Below, in pieces: positions 1 to 13,640 of a DNA stretch of 64,000 bases (the stretch's first letter is position 1; each line of letters opens with the position of its first letter). A program made the translations under genes and the position numbers. The DNA lies in assembly GCF_018350175.1 (NCBI RefSeq), contig NC_058368.1, forward strand, positions 142,726,001 through 142,790,000, given 5' to 3'. Source of the stretch: Felis catus (Eukaryota). The notes beneath the pieces were generated by a model. That model was not told the origin of the DNA. It was given only the letters and a program-made list of their open reading frames with translations, and searched no databases.

Positions 1-732
1 TTCCCTAATAGAATATTAGGACTGTAGGGTACATTGTGTCAAAGCTTCTTTTAAATTAAAGACTCTATCAACTATATTCCTGATAATTTTCTGTTGTCAA
101 GAAAACCTAAGCTAAGTGATATCTAGCAGTAAACCACAAAGGAACTTGTGTGATTATCATCACTTTTCCCTTATCTGTACCCCATCCATCTACTTAAATT
201 AATTTCACTGAAATTTATTATATGAAAGGATACATGTTCACATGTGTTTGAATGCGGTTATGTTTCAAGGTGGTAAATCAAACCACAGGTTCAAGGGGAA
301 TTGAGGAAAACTGAACAAAACTCTTTAATCAAATTTGGCCAAAATCAGTTAATTTTGTAGAGACTTATAATGCAGCAAACCAAGAGACAGGCACAATCCC
401 AACTGTTAGCACACTTCCTCATGTTGGCCCATCTCACTCACATCATGAGATAGCCCTAAAGACAATTATTCATAATTTTTAACCGTAACTTTGATTCAGG
501 TATAGAGTAGATTTATTAGTAAACAGTAATTTATTGTTTCTCTTAGGAAAAGTGTCTCCTCTATGTAGCAACTAAATACATGAAATGCCATTCCACAGCT
601 AACATATTTGCACATCAGGAAATTCTGATGGTACTTTAATGTTACTAAAACTACCATTCTTAATACTTCCATTAGCTGTAGCCAGAAGCCTTACAGAGGC
701 AACACATGGTCAATTTTTAAAATGAAGTTTGT

Positions 733-763
733 GTTTTGTTTTGTTTTGTTTTGTTTTGTTTTT
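733..763. repeat. (GTTTT)n microsatellite
   Basis: Direct pentanucleotide repeat. Confidence 0.9.
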
Positions 764-885
764 AAGTGGAATTACACATATGGACACTTTTCAGGGATGT
801 TCCCATTTAGTTTACAGTAGAATGCATCGAATTTGATTTTTAAGGGTCTTTCATGTATATCTAAGACATTTTATTTTAGAATAGG

Positions 886-1116
886 TTTTTTTTATTTAAA
901 AAAAATTTTTTTTAACGTTTATTTATTTTTGAGACAGAGAGAGACAGAGCATGAACGGGGGAGGGTCAGAGAGAGAGGGAGACACAGAATCTGAAACAGC
1001 CTCCAGGCTCTGAGCTGTCAGCACAGAGCCCGACGCGGGGCTTGAACTCACGGACCGTGAGATCGTGACCTGAGCTGAAGTCGGACGCTTAACCGACTGA
1101 GCCACCCAGGCGCCCC
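886..1116 (-). mobile_element. Can-SINE (felid SINEC)
   Basis: Reverse complement begins GGGGCGCCTGGGTGGCTCAG, with a tRNA-like A/B box head, (CT)n and an A-tail. Flanked by TAGAATAG repeats. Confidence 0.93.
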
Positions 1117-3582
1117 TAGAATAGTTTTAAGTGTACAGAAAGTTGCAAATATAATACACAGGGTTCCCGTATACTCCACACTCGGTTTCTTCTATGTTTA
1201 ACATCTTACATTAATTAGGCTTATACATTTTGGGGCCCAAAACACCCAATCTCAATTTCATGTGCACACATACACACACAGTTGAAGAACTTTCAATCCA
1301 ATATAGTATGTCTTGTGTGGTTTAGTGTGAAAATTTTAATCTTTAATTTAACCTTAATCTTTAATTTAACCTTTTCTTAATGTCTAATTTTTAAAAAAAT
1401 GTTAGAATAATAATTTATTAAATAAAGTAATTCTTCTCCAAGCATTTTTAGATCCAAAGCATTTTTTTTTATCAAAAGGTCACTACCAAATAATTGTCTA
1501 ATTAGCAAAAACATTTTTTTCTCAGCTCAGAAAAGGAATTGGAAATTACAACGATAAAAGGGTGCTAATTGGGTTTTCATAGAAGCGTGAAATGCTAAAG
1601 CACTTTTTTTTTGTTTTGTTTTACTCCTTGGCTAGGCTAGAAAGCCTAATTTGGTTACCCAAATTAACCCTTTACCTCTTGCGTGACAACACCAATATCA
1701 AGTGCTGCAGTTCAGTAGCAGAAGAGAAACAAAACAGTCAAGTTAACTTTGAGATTTTTCTTAAGAGTGCAATGTCTATATGGGCACAATTTCAATACAA
1801 GAAACTAGGAACCCTATTCTCCAGTCTGGGAGAAGGAAAGGGACATGGAGTGGGGATAATGATACCTGACAGCTCTCTTGGGAATTTCTGCCACAACTTC
1901 AGCAGTTAGGGTGCATCCTGAGGTGCCAGTGAGCCTATCACAGCCCAGACTGGAGAGTAGTCAGGACAGGGCACACTGTGGGGACCACACAGCCCTTAGG
2001 CTATACGATGTCTACTTGTCACAAATGTCAGCACGTTTGCATTCCTGTACAAGCAGAGACTGCCACTGCTAGTAGCTAGCTTGGCCTGGGCTTCAGGCAG
2101 GGTTAGGGTACGGTCCACATACCTGGGGGAGTTTGGTCAAATTTGCTTCACTTCTATGTGCTTAGCATGGAGCCTTGCACTGAGGAATCACTGAAAGGAT
2201 ACTTGTTGGATAGATGAAGGAATAAGGAGTTTACTCACCACTAAAAGCATTACAGAGATTTGGGGTTATATGTAGCTGTTGGAGTCCAGAAATCAAGGGC
2301 TTTCCAATAAGGCAACCATAAGACTACATTTGAATTTGGAGAACGGGCCGATCTAGGGTCGCTTCTTAGCACGCAGACTCCTGCTTAGCAAGACAGTGTC
2401 CTGGAGCATGTTGAATACATCTTCAGAGAAAGTCTCCTTCACATCTCAGGAGGCAGAAGGAGGGAATAGGATCAGAGGTGCCACCTACTACAAATGAATT
2501 CTAGAACTGGTTAACAGTGGTATTCTCTGGGAAAAGAAACCGAGAGGCTGGACCATAGTAGGGGGCAGGTGGACCTACTTTTCAGTTCAAAACTTTTGGA
2601 CATTTGAAAACTTTGTACTCAATGCATCATGTGTTCAGAAAATAAAATAAATGATTATTTAAAAAATAGACTCTGGGTAAAGCCATTTATCTGGAATAAG
2701 ATCACTGTGCAGTAATCAGAACATGTCTCAAACAGGAGGCAATAGTGAAGTGAGGGGTCCAAAGATACATTGTGAACTTAGGTCTCAGAGGCAGTACCTG
2801 CTGGCCATGGGCAGTGCCTGAGTGGGCACCTGAGCAAGTACATGAGTTGGTGACGAGGCTGAGTGAGCAGCAGGGACCCATACCTCCAAAACCACTGGGG
2901 GAGGATCATCCCTCAGCGCCTAGATTCTCATTTCCAAAGAGTCCTGCACATCTGGGGATCTGACTGCAAAGCCCAACTCTTTCCAGCTCCTGAACCTTCC
3001 CCTCTGCTTCTGTGCCTTGCAGAGCACTATCAACAAAAGTCCTTCTTCCTGGAGCCCCTGGCTCTCCCCTAAGGACACTGCTTCCTCTGCAGCCTCATGG
3101 TTCATTCATCACTGCACTTCCTAACTTTTTCCCACCCTTCTCTCTAATCGCCACGCCTCTCCCCCCAGATGGAAGCTCATGCACTCAGACTGTTCCGCTG
3201 ACTAAATTGTTTTACTGCAGGTATTTATAGACTTCTGGATCACGCCTGCCATGTTCCTTGAAAATTACGACACCTAGTATCCTATCACTCTCTCCAGTAC
3301 TATTCCTATCACTTTCTGCAAACCACTGACAATTTCAATATCAATACAGATGATCTTTCCAAAAACCTGGGCTCTCAGTGACCTGATCTCCCCTCCTTCC
3401 ATGATCTTCCCCTCTACCCTGCTATAGCAACTCACTCCCAGAGTCATACTCTGGACCTTGCAGTTACAAACATTTGTAAACCCTCCACAATCTTAATTTC
3501 AAGCATCACACTCTCCAGTGGCCACCGAACATCTTCTCAGTTCACTTGCTGTAGAACTGAGCTGTTCAAAACGGTAACCACT

Positions 3583-5466
3583 GGAAAAATTAGGTATTCA
3601 TATGTAAAAGAATAAAACTGGACCCCTATCTTACAGCACTCACAAAAATTAACTCGACATGGACTAAAGACTTAAATGTAAGACCTGAAACCATGAAACT
3701 CCTAGAAGAAAACGTGGGGGGAAAGCTCCTTGGCATCGGTCTTGGCAATTATGTTTTGGATATGACACTGAAAGCACAAGCAACAAAAACAAAAAGAAAC
3801 AAGTGAGACTACAACAAACTAAAAAGCTCCTGCAGAGCAAAAGAAACAATCAGTAAAATTCAAAGGCAACCTACAGAATAGAAGAAAATATATGCAAACC
3901 ATATATCTGATAAGATGTTAATATTATATATTCAAAAAAATTCAAATAAGTATTATATATTCAGATATAGATATATATATATATGAACTCAGATACATAT
4001 ATCTCTCTGAATATATAATATTTCTATATATCTGATGGCAAAAATAAAATAAAATGGGCAGAAGATCCGAGTGAATAGACATTTTTCCAAGAAAGATATA
4101 CAAATAACCAATGGGTACACAAAAAGGTGCTCAATATCACTAATCAACAGGGAAATGCAAATTAAAACTACATGGAAGGGCGCCTGGGTGGCTCCGTCAT
4201 TAAGTGTCCGACTTCAGCTCAGGTCATGATCTCATGGTTTGTGAGTTCGAGCCCCACATCGGGCTCTGTGTTGACAGCTCAGAGCCTGGAGCCTGCTTCA
4301 GATTCTGTGTCTCCTTCTCTCTCTGCCCCTCCCCAACTTGTGCTCTCTCTCTCTCTCTCTATGTCTCTCAAAAAATAAATACACTTAAAAAAATTTTTTT
4401 TTGAAAAAAGACCACAGGGGCGTCTGGGTGGCTCAGTTGGTTAAGCGCCCGACTTTGGCTCAGGTCATGATCTCACGGTTTGTGGGTTCAAGCCCCGCAT
4501 CAGGCTCTGTGCTGACAGCTCAGAGCCTGGAGCCTGTTTCAGATTCTGTGTCTCCCTCTCTCCCTGCCCCTCCCCCACTTGCACTCTGTTTCCCTCTGTC
4601 TCAAAAATAAATAAACATTAAAAAAAAAAAAACTTTAAAAAAAAAAAAGAAAGAACACCACATTGAGATATTGCCTCACAGCTATTAGAATGACTATTAC
4701 CGAAAAGACAAGAAGTAAGTGCTGGCAAGGACGTGGAGAAAAGGGAGCCCTAATGTACTCTTGGTGGGAATGTAAACTGATATAGTCACTATGGAAGGTC
4801 CTCAAAAAATTAAAAATAGAATTATCATGTAATCCAGTAATATCACTTCTGGGTATATAGCCAAAGGAAATGAAATTACTATTTTGAAAGTTATCTTCAT
4901 CCCCATGTTCACTGTAGAATTATTTACAGAAGCCAAGACATGGAAACAACCTAAGTGTCCACTGATGGATAAATGGATAAAGAAAATGTAGTGCTAGTAA
5001 AGAAAATATATGTATATATGTATACGTATGTGTATATATATATGTGTGTGTACACATGTAAAAATATACATATATGTACACGTATGTGTATGTACATATG
5101 TATGTATGTCTAGATACACACATATAATGAAAAAGAAAGAAAAAAGGCCATAAAAAAGAAGGAAATCCTGCCATCTGTGACAACGTGTTTGAAACTTGAG
5201 GGCAGTATGTAAGTGAAACAAGTCAGAAAAAGACAAATACTGTATGATCCCACATGCATTGTGAAATCTATAAACAAAGAAATCATAATAAGTAGACTGG
5301 TGGCTGCCAGGGCTGGGGGTGGGGCAATGAGTGAAGGTGATCAAAGCGTACAAACTTCCGGGTATAAGATGAATAAGTTCTAAGGACCTAATGTATAGCA
5401 TGGTGATCAATAATACAGTATTGAATCCATGAAAATTGCTAAGAGAGTAAAGCTTTTATGTTCTTA

Positions 5467-5500
<34 letters not shown>

Positions 5501-5644
5501 AACTATATAAGGTAACAGATGTGTTAACTAACCTTACCATTAACCATTCTGCAATATATACAAGTATCAAATCATCATGTTGTACACCTTAAATTTACAC
5601 AATGTTATATGATAATGACATCTCAAAGAAGCTGGGGAAAAAAC
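3583..5644 (+). mobile_element. Old L1 3' portion (ORF2 end + 3'UTR; L1MA/L1_Carn-like)
   Basis: Typical L1 ORF2 3' motifs (AAACTGGACCCCTATCTTACA, ATGGAAACAACCTAAGTGTCCA, TGTACACCTTAAATTTACACAATG). Degenerate TSDs at 3569-3582 and 5645-5658. Confidence 0.88.
4178..4650 (+). mobile_element. Two tandem Can-SINEs inserted in the L1
   Basis: SINE heads at 4178 and 4417, each with a (CT)n region and A-tail. Confidence 0.9.
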
Positions 5645-5902
5645 AAATGGTAGCCATTAGGCACATGTGGCTATTGAGCACTTCAAATGTGGCTAGTGTG
5701 AATTGAGACATGTTGCAAGTATAAAATACATGCTAGACTTACTGTATTTTTGAAAAAGATTGTAAAATAACCCACTGATAATTTTTTATTTTTATTACAT
5801 ATTGAAGTGATAATATTTTGGCTATATCATCAGGTTGATAAAATATACTACTAAAATTAAATTTACCTATTTCTTTTTAGGTTTTTTGAATGTAGCAATT
5901 TA

Positions 5903-5904
5903 AT

Positions 5905-5936
<32 letters not shown>

Positions 5937-6540
5937 CAAGAGCGAGCACAAGCTGGGGAGGGGCAGAAAGAAGAGAGACAGAATCCCAAGCAGGCTCTGC
6001 ACCATCAGCACAGAGCCTAATGTGGAGCTCAAACTCACAAACCGTGAGATCATAACCTGAGCCGAGATCAAGAGTCAGACCCTTAACTGACTGCGCTGCA
6101 CAGGCGCCCCTGAAATGCAGCAATTTAAAATACGGATGTGACTCACACTTCTGGTTTGCATTATGTTTCTATCGGACGACATTGATCACTACAACAATTC
6201 TTCAGCCACTCTCAGGATATACAATCCTTCAATCACACCACCTTTATACCACATCTTAACAACCCTCCACCAAGTCCTAAATTTCCCTCCTTACCTAGTT
6301 CACACTGCATGGTCCATCATTATAATCTCTCCTCTTTTGTTGTTTTGATTTTTTTTTAGAGGGAGAGAGTGCAGAAGCAGGGGAAGATGGGCTGAGAGAC
6401 AGAGAGGGAGGGAGAATCTCAAGCAGACTCTACATTCAATGCAGAGCCTGACAAGGGGCTCAATCCCATGACCCTGGGATCATGACCTGAGCTGAAATCA
6501 AGAGTCAGAAGCTCAACTGCCTAAGCCACCCAGGCACCCC
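5903..6540 (-). mobile_element. Two Can-SINEs (5903-6110, ~6345-6540)
   Basis: Reverse-strand SINE heads end at ...CAGGCGCCCC and ...CAGGCACCCC. Confidence 0.88.
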
Positions 6541-8896
6541 ATTTGTTTTAAATTTTTTAATTGAAGTATAATTAACAAAACGCTATATTAGTTTCAGGTG
6601 ATCCATATAATACTAATAATTCAACAATTCTATACATTTCTTAGTGTGCATCAAGATAAGTGTACTCTTAATCCCCTTTACCTATTCCACCCATCCCCCA
6701 TGTACCTCATATTCTCTTCATTATACAACTTTGCCCTTCTCTCCTTTCATTAAATTCAACCTCATTAAATTCAACTTTCCATGGCCTGTCAAGTATCCAA
6801 AAACCAAGTGGCATCAGTGTTTCCTTGGCCAAATTTTGTCATCACTAATTGTCTTTCTATTAGAAGCCCAAATGACTTGAGAACTAGCACATAACCAGAA
6901 GAAACAGAATGAGTGACAGTCTCAAAAGAAAAATCATTAGCCAAAAAAATCCGAACAGAGGCCTACTCCCACATCTGCCTCGATCCAGCTGTGTGACCAC
7001 AGAACGTAACTTAACCTATTTGGGGCTCAGTTTCTCGATGTATAACATGAGGCTCTTAGCCTTTCTAACTTCAACATGCTATGACTGGGTGAAGACAGTG
7101 GAAGCCAGTATGAACATGGGGCTATGAATAAATGCTTTCTGACACTGTGCTTGAGCCAAAACCAGCAACTTGCGTGCAAGTAGTTTATTTTGGAAATGAT
7201 CCCAGGGAGCAGGAGTGAGAGACAGGAGTTGTTGAACAGGGAATGAGAGAAAGCCACACACTGTTGTGTTATCAAGGTGGCCACTGCCACAGGTGACTCA
7301 TGCTCAATCTCACTGGTCCCCTGTGAGAATCCTGATGCAATTCATCTCATAACTGTTACTCTGGGGGACGGGGGGGGGGGGCGGTTAGAGGGAAGACATT
7401 TATGCACCGGCTCCCAATGAGTAAGCATGGCCCCATGGGCATCAACTTCAGCACATCTGGGTATGTACACGTAAGCCTCTCAGTGTTGGACAACATGTGG
7501 GGTCAGGGCAGGACACAGTGGTAGCCCTGTGAGAAGCTGACCAAAGCCTACCCTGAACTGGTCACCAGAGCAGCTGCTGGAGCAAGACATGGGGCTATGA
7601 GGAGCCACCATGATGCATTGAGGTGTGGATGACAGAGACTGTCTAAATAATTGTGGTTTCTAAATAAAAGCCTACAGCCATAGGAGGCAATTGCTTTGCT
7701 TTTAACTATGGATCACGGTCCCTTAGGCCCATCTCTTCATCTAAAAAGTGGAGAATCACATACCTACCTCGCATTCAGGGAAAGGCTTAAAACCAGAGTC
7801 CTGCCATTCAGTGGTTTAAGAACTTCAGTGATATTTAGAAATGGACTCTTGGGCCATCAGCATTTGCCTGTCCTGGTTGTTGAGAGCTTCATATTGGAGT
7901 GTATATAGCTCTTCTAACCCTTACATCACCTCCAACTGCAGTGTTATATGTGGGCTTCTGCCTCGTTTCCAAACGTGCATTCCAGTTTCCTGAAAACAAG
8001 GTCCCATCCCACAGCCTACCCAGCCCTGGGAACCTCCTCTTTCAGCAGGTACAGGGTTCTGCTCATGCAGCACAGCTTAATGGGGTCCTGCTGAAATCTG
8101 GACCTTTGAAACCTGAATACGATATAATATTTATAGCACAACATATTGTCTGGAGATTACTGCTTTGGTGTCCTCAACGATGCGAAACGGCGAACGTCCA
8201 AATAGTGATGGTAGTAATAATAGCTGTAATTATTAAATTCCCACCTACACGAGGCCTGATATCAGATACTTTACATGAATTTTATTTTAATTCTCACATT
8301 AGTCCTGTGAGAAAGCTTTATCCCCATTTGCACATAAGCAAACTGATGCTCAGAAATTTATCTAAAGTCACCCAGTTAGTAAGTGGTAGAATGAGAATCT
8401 GAGCTCAGGTTTGTCTGATTACAGAGCCCTGGCTCCGTCTTAACTACTGTCTCTTCAAGATGGGTCTCAAACTTGCTAGGTATTCTGGGCCTTTATAGAC
8501 CAGTCTTGCCATCAACCTTGTGGAGCAGGTCCTATATCCAGCTCAGCCCTCTATTCCTAGCCTTACCCGGAACTGGTTTTCTATCCTCCCCTTGTCCCCA
8601 GCATGTCAAGTAGATTAATTTTCCAGGGAATTCTGCATTGACTGAAGCTGGACTCTGTCTGGCACGTGACTTGGGCAGCCTTCAGAAGTTAAAATGTAAT
8701 CTCAATTTCTAGTGTGTTCTTTGAGTCAGGAGAAAATCAAGAGCCATTACTAACTTCCAGTGGTGAGAGATGGACGCCCAATGCCAAGAATGGTAAAAGA
8801 GAACAAGGGGGAAGAAGCAGATTGTGCTTCAGAAAACAGACTGAATAGGAGTTGAGATAACAGCATGTAACTTTAAAAGCAAAGCATTGTCCCATT

Positions 8897-9110
8897 GGGG
8901 CGCCTGGGGGGCTCAGTCGGTTAAGCGTCCAACTTTGGCTCAGGTCATGATCTCACGGTTCATGAGTTTGAGCCCTGCGTCAGCTCTGTGCTGACAGCTC
9001 AGAGTCTGCTTCAGATTCGGTGTCTCCCTCTCCCTGCCCCTCCCCGCTTGCACTCTGTCTCTAGCTCTCTCAAAACCAGATAAATATTTTAAAAAATAAA
9101 GTTAAAAAAC
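8897..9110 (+). mobile_element. Can-SINE with TSD AAAGCAAAGCATTGTCCC
   Basis: SINE consensus head and tail, with the direct repeat on both sides. Confidence 0.92.
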
Positions 9111-11120
9111 AAAGCAAAGCATTGTCCCGTAATACCAATATTTAAAATGACTCTTCCAAATATGTTTCTTACTTCTTACTCTTCACATATTGTGTACATA
9201 CATGAGAGGGACAAGGATGCACTGATCATTGCAAACATACTTTCACGGTTCTACATACACATTAACGTATTCAAGTCCTGACTTACTTAAGAAAGCCAAC
9301 ACTGGCCGCCTGGCTGGGGTCTCCAGGAAGAGGCCGTTTATGTCTGCTCCTTTCTGAACCCTTAGAGTTGGAGCATTTTTTTAACATAATCCATCATTTC
9401 TTTCTCCTTTACAATTCCCAGCAGGATCCCTCGTTGATGGTTACACAGACTGTGCACAAATCCACAGGAACACGGTGTCTGCATTCAGTGTAACAAGTGA
9501 TCTTGCTGAAGCTCCAAAACCAATTAGTGCTTCAAGACTTGAGAAAATATTATCAACAAAGGGACAGACACCCAAGGAAAAAAGTAAATAAATTCCTGCA
9601 GAGGAAATAAATGCCATTGGTTTTCAGTCATACACTGTAAGAAGTCTGACTGAATTCCTTAAGAATATGAGCTGACAAAGCAGAGAGAATGTGATAATGA
9701 AGGTTCCCACCAACTTTGCCTCCAAGAAGCTGGCAAGGATGCCTAAATCCTTTTTATCACTATTGGGAGGAAGGGAATAATACCAAGATCGAGACCTCAA
9801 TTCTTCCTTACCTCTCTTAGCTCTCTGAACATTTTATAAATAACTGTAATATTAAACAAAGCACAGTGTAGAATTTAACAAAAAGGAGTACTCCTAAAAA
9901 TGAGACACACCTCCAAACTTTTCAGAACAGCATGCTCTACTGTGAACAAAAGACGCTTTTGTACTCACAGAGCCATGTGATACGGTGAATACAGTAGCTG
10001 GAGTGGAAGGCAAAAGATCTACATTTTCAAACCATTTTAGTTACTCGTCACATGTGCTTCCCAACAAATGACCTCTCTGAGATTATGTCTCTATTTACAA
10101 AAAGGTGATGATTACTTCTAATCTACCTCAGAGAGTTAGAGAAGATAGCACAGCTCTACAACAAAGGATATTTTTAAAGACCTTAGAAACAACAGCACCC
10201 TGACGGACGACGTTAGTAATGGGGGTGGCTACGCAAGTACAGGGGTAGGCGGTATACGGGAAATTTCTGTACCTCCCTCTCAATTTTGCTGCCGACCTAA
10301 AATGCTCTACAAAAATATGATAAAATCTTTTTTTTTTAAAAAGGCTTCTTTTCAGGAAAAGATTATTTCTATTTTATGGAGAAATACTTTACTAATAGGG
10401 AACGTGTCCAAAATAAACTTTATCATCTCAAAAAGGAAAAAGATTGCTGGAAATGGATACAGCAGTCTTGAGAGTATCTTTGATCTATATAAATACAAAT
10501 GATGAAAATTTCAGGGAAAATATTTATGCAATATGGACATGTTGATCCAGGATCCCCACAATCCTGTTTGTTGTGTGTTGTAACAATACTTCTTCCGACG
10601 CTGAGGAGTAAGTGCTATCATATCATAGCAAACAAAGATAGTTTGGGTTTTCCCTATAGTTGGAAAGCCTTTCTTTCCCTCCTACCTCAGTCATGTTGCA
10701 TTCTGCATTTATGAAATAACAATAGATATGATCAATGTTCTTGCCCCAGTGCCCTTCTGCATGCTGAACTCACTCGACGTATACACTTCAAGTAATGAAA
10801 CTACCTTCTTTCTTTTTTCTTTTTAACATTCCAACCCCAGATTATGCGACCCAGTTATCTCTTTCAGAGGCGTCACTGGGAGGCAATACCCTTATTTCAG
10901 TGATGCTGTCAATGCTCAAAACTGTTACTGAATTTCCTTCAAAGTCAGTTGATGAGTCTCCTTAGCACAATGACCCCAGCTCCTGCTTTGTAGAACCTGA
11001 CAGTCTACTCTGTGCTTTCCCATCTTTGCTGGATCATTAAGAGAGAAGACCTTCAATAAACAATCCCTGGGATACTCCCAAGAGGTAGGAGTTGCTATAA
11101 TTCGAAGCTACTGTCTAGAG

Positions 11121-11419
11121 TGGCACTGTCCAATGGAAATATAATCTGAGCCACATAGGCAAAGATTTTCTAGTGGCCACATTTTAAAAAGAAACAGTTA
11201 AAATTAATTTTAGTAAATATTTTATTCAACTCAATATATCAAAAATATTATCATTTCAACATGTCATCAATATACAAAATACATTATTTTACAACCTTTT
11301 CTTACCAAGTCTTTGAAATTTGGTATTTTACACTTAACAGCACATCTCAATTCAAATTAGCCACACTTTACAGGCACAATAGCCACCTGTGGCTAGTGAC
11401 CACCAGCTGGACAGCACAG
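11121..11419 (+). mobile_element. MER33-like non-autonomous hAT-Charlie DNA transposon
   Basis: Terminal inverted repeats (GCACTGTCCAAT...CTGGACAGCACAG), internal TAGCCAC motifs, and 8-bp NTCTAGAN target duplications (11113-11120, 11420-11427) typical of Charlie elements. Confidence 0.85.
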
Positions 11420-13211
11420 ATCTAGACTCCCGAATAATGAAAGCCAGTGCACTATTGAGTACTGGATTAACTGAAGGCTTCTTGACTTTTCTTAATCCCT
11501 TGAACTTGTGAGTAGATGACCATGATACAAGAAAGATGTTTATAACCCTGGGCAGAGTTTGGTATTAAAGAAAATCTCCTAACAATGGATGCCAGAAAAC
11601 ATGGAAATTAAAAGAAAAATGGTAAACACAGGTCCAGAGGCTCTTTCATCCACCAACAAGTCTGCCTCTGGTTAGCCTCTGACGCTATTCTAGCTTGGAC
11701 AGGTTACATATGGTCTTTTCTCAAAGCTGGGAAAAGCCAGAGACAGCTTTGCAAGGGAGGGGTGCCCTTTGCCTAGCAAAAGCAGAACTCGTGATCAATC
11801 TAAGTTATCTAATGATTCACAACTCAAACATACTGAAAACAAAGGACTAGCATGGGGGCATAGGCCTGGGGAGCACAGGGAGCCAGAGAGGCTAAAGAAG
11901 CAGAGACTGGAATGTGGTAGGGCTTAGGACCAGCAGGTGAGGAAGAAAAGAAAACCAAAGACTCAGGAAGTGCCTCTGAAGACCCTTCATTCCATCTATT
12001 ATCCTAGGAGACCAAGGCAGCCAGGCCTCCCTGCGTTCTCAGCAAGAGTACAGATTCCACACCCTGACCTAAGCACAGAGATATTTCATGTCTGTTGTGT
12101 GGGACAGAGGCAAATCCTATAGGGTTCCCCTCCCCCTTAGCGCTAACCACCATCAAGAGTTGCCATCACATCGGATATGCAGTGTCAGAGAGCCCGGGCC
12201 TCCAGGTGGCATTCTCAACAGCTAAGCAGAACCCTCAGCCGGGTGGCCCTACCTCCCACATGACTCAAGAGGAACCCCAGTTCCTGCCTCAAGCTCTAAG
12301 TAAGGATTACTGGGCAATATTGGGGGGGGGGGATGAATGGAGTTGATTCTTTACAGAATTTTTAATTCTTCCATTAAAGGATCAGGAGAAAAGAGTAGAA
12401 ACCTGAGATTTTGGACTTTAAAAGATCCATAAGTTGTATTCTGTTCCAAAATTTGCCCTTATTTGTTTTAATAAGTGTTCTAAATTATTAACCAATTAAG
12501 TTGCTTATTTTTTCTTCCATACATGCAAGCAAAATTAACATTTCAAGAAGATATGTCCTGTTACACTATGGTTTTTATGTATCCCTTTGGACACCAATGG
12601 TAAGCCTGGGCTGGCCTAGTCACCGAGCCCACAACACATCTTGGCGCCCCTCTTCCTGCATGTCTGCTCATGCCTCTCCGTGCCCAAAATGTCCTTCCCA
12701 CTCTTTCCATTCACCTACTGATAACTCCCTGATCATTCAAGCACCGTTTAATTCTTATCCCATTTCTTCTATGAAGCCACTCCTAACACTCCCTCCCCCA
12801 CTGCCATCCAGAGGCTCACTCCTCCAAGCTTCATCTCTCTATCTGTTCTACCCACATGACCTAGAAAGATGGCCTGTGCTGTTATATCTAGAACGCATGC
12901 ACACGTCTCCACCTGCAAGCATTTCATGAGTTCCACGCTAGATACTGAGCTGGACTAGTGGCTCCACATACTTGTTGTCCTCCTCCTGACCACCCACAGG
13001 CTATGTATTTCTTCTACACGAAGTGATTTTCAGCCTGGAGGTCACAGAATAAACACAAGTCCTTCTAGGAGATGCGTCAGAGCTGCGGATGTGTGAAAGG
13101 GCTTTTTGAAACCATGTAGGTGCCTGACCCCCTCCCCATTCCCAATCCCAGGGGAATCTGAATTAAAGACCATTCCCATCGCAGTAGGTGTTCTTTAAGA
13201 GAGACCATATC

Positions 13212-13640
13212 GGGGCGCCTGGGTGGCGCAGTCGGTTAAGCGTCCGACTTCAGCCAGGTCACGATCTCGCGGTCCAAGAGTTTGAGCCCCGCGTCAGGCT
13301 CTGGGCTGATGGCTCGGAGCCTGGAGCCTGTTTCCGATTCTGTGTCTCCCTCTCTCTCTGCCCCTCCCCCGTTCATGCTCTGTCTCTCTCTGTCCCAAAA
13401 ATAAATAAACATTGAAAAAAAAAATTTATAAAAAAAAAAAAAGAGAGAGACCATATCTTGGGGCATCTGGGTGGCTCAGTCAGTTAACCATCCAACTTTG
13501 GTTCAGGTCACCATCTCAAGGTTCACAGGTTCGGGCCCCGCATCAAGCTCTGCTGACAGCTCCAAGCCTGCTTCAGATTCTATGTCTCCCTCTCTCTCTG
13601 TGCCTTCCCTGCTCGTGCTCACATCGAACAAAATAGAGAG
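13212..13640 (+). mobile_element. Tandem pair: young Can-SINE (13212-13443) and older Can-SINE (13460-13640)
   Basis: Two SINE heads; GAGAGACCATAT occurs three times around them. Confidence 0.92.

Larger units (their letters stand above)
3557..6184 (-). mobile_element. MER33-like hAT DNA transposon, split by an L1 and a SINE (pieces 3557-3582, 5645-5900, 6112-6184)
   Basis: CTGAGCTGTTCAAAACGGTAACCACT ... GGCACATGTGGCTATTGAGCACTTCAAATGTGGCTAG ... TTTCTATCGGAC is inverse-homologous to the intact copy at 11121-11419. Confidence 0.75.

Noticed and set aside
7899..8402. 167-aa ORF on the plus strand
   Set aside because: It has a GTG start and no recognisable domain, and its 3' part runs through a MIR relic (TATCCCCATTTGCACATAAGCAAACTGATGCTCAGA).
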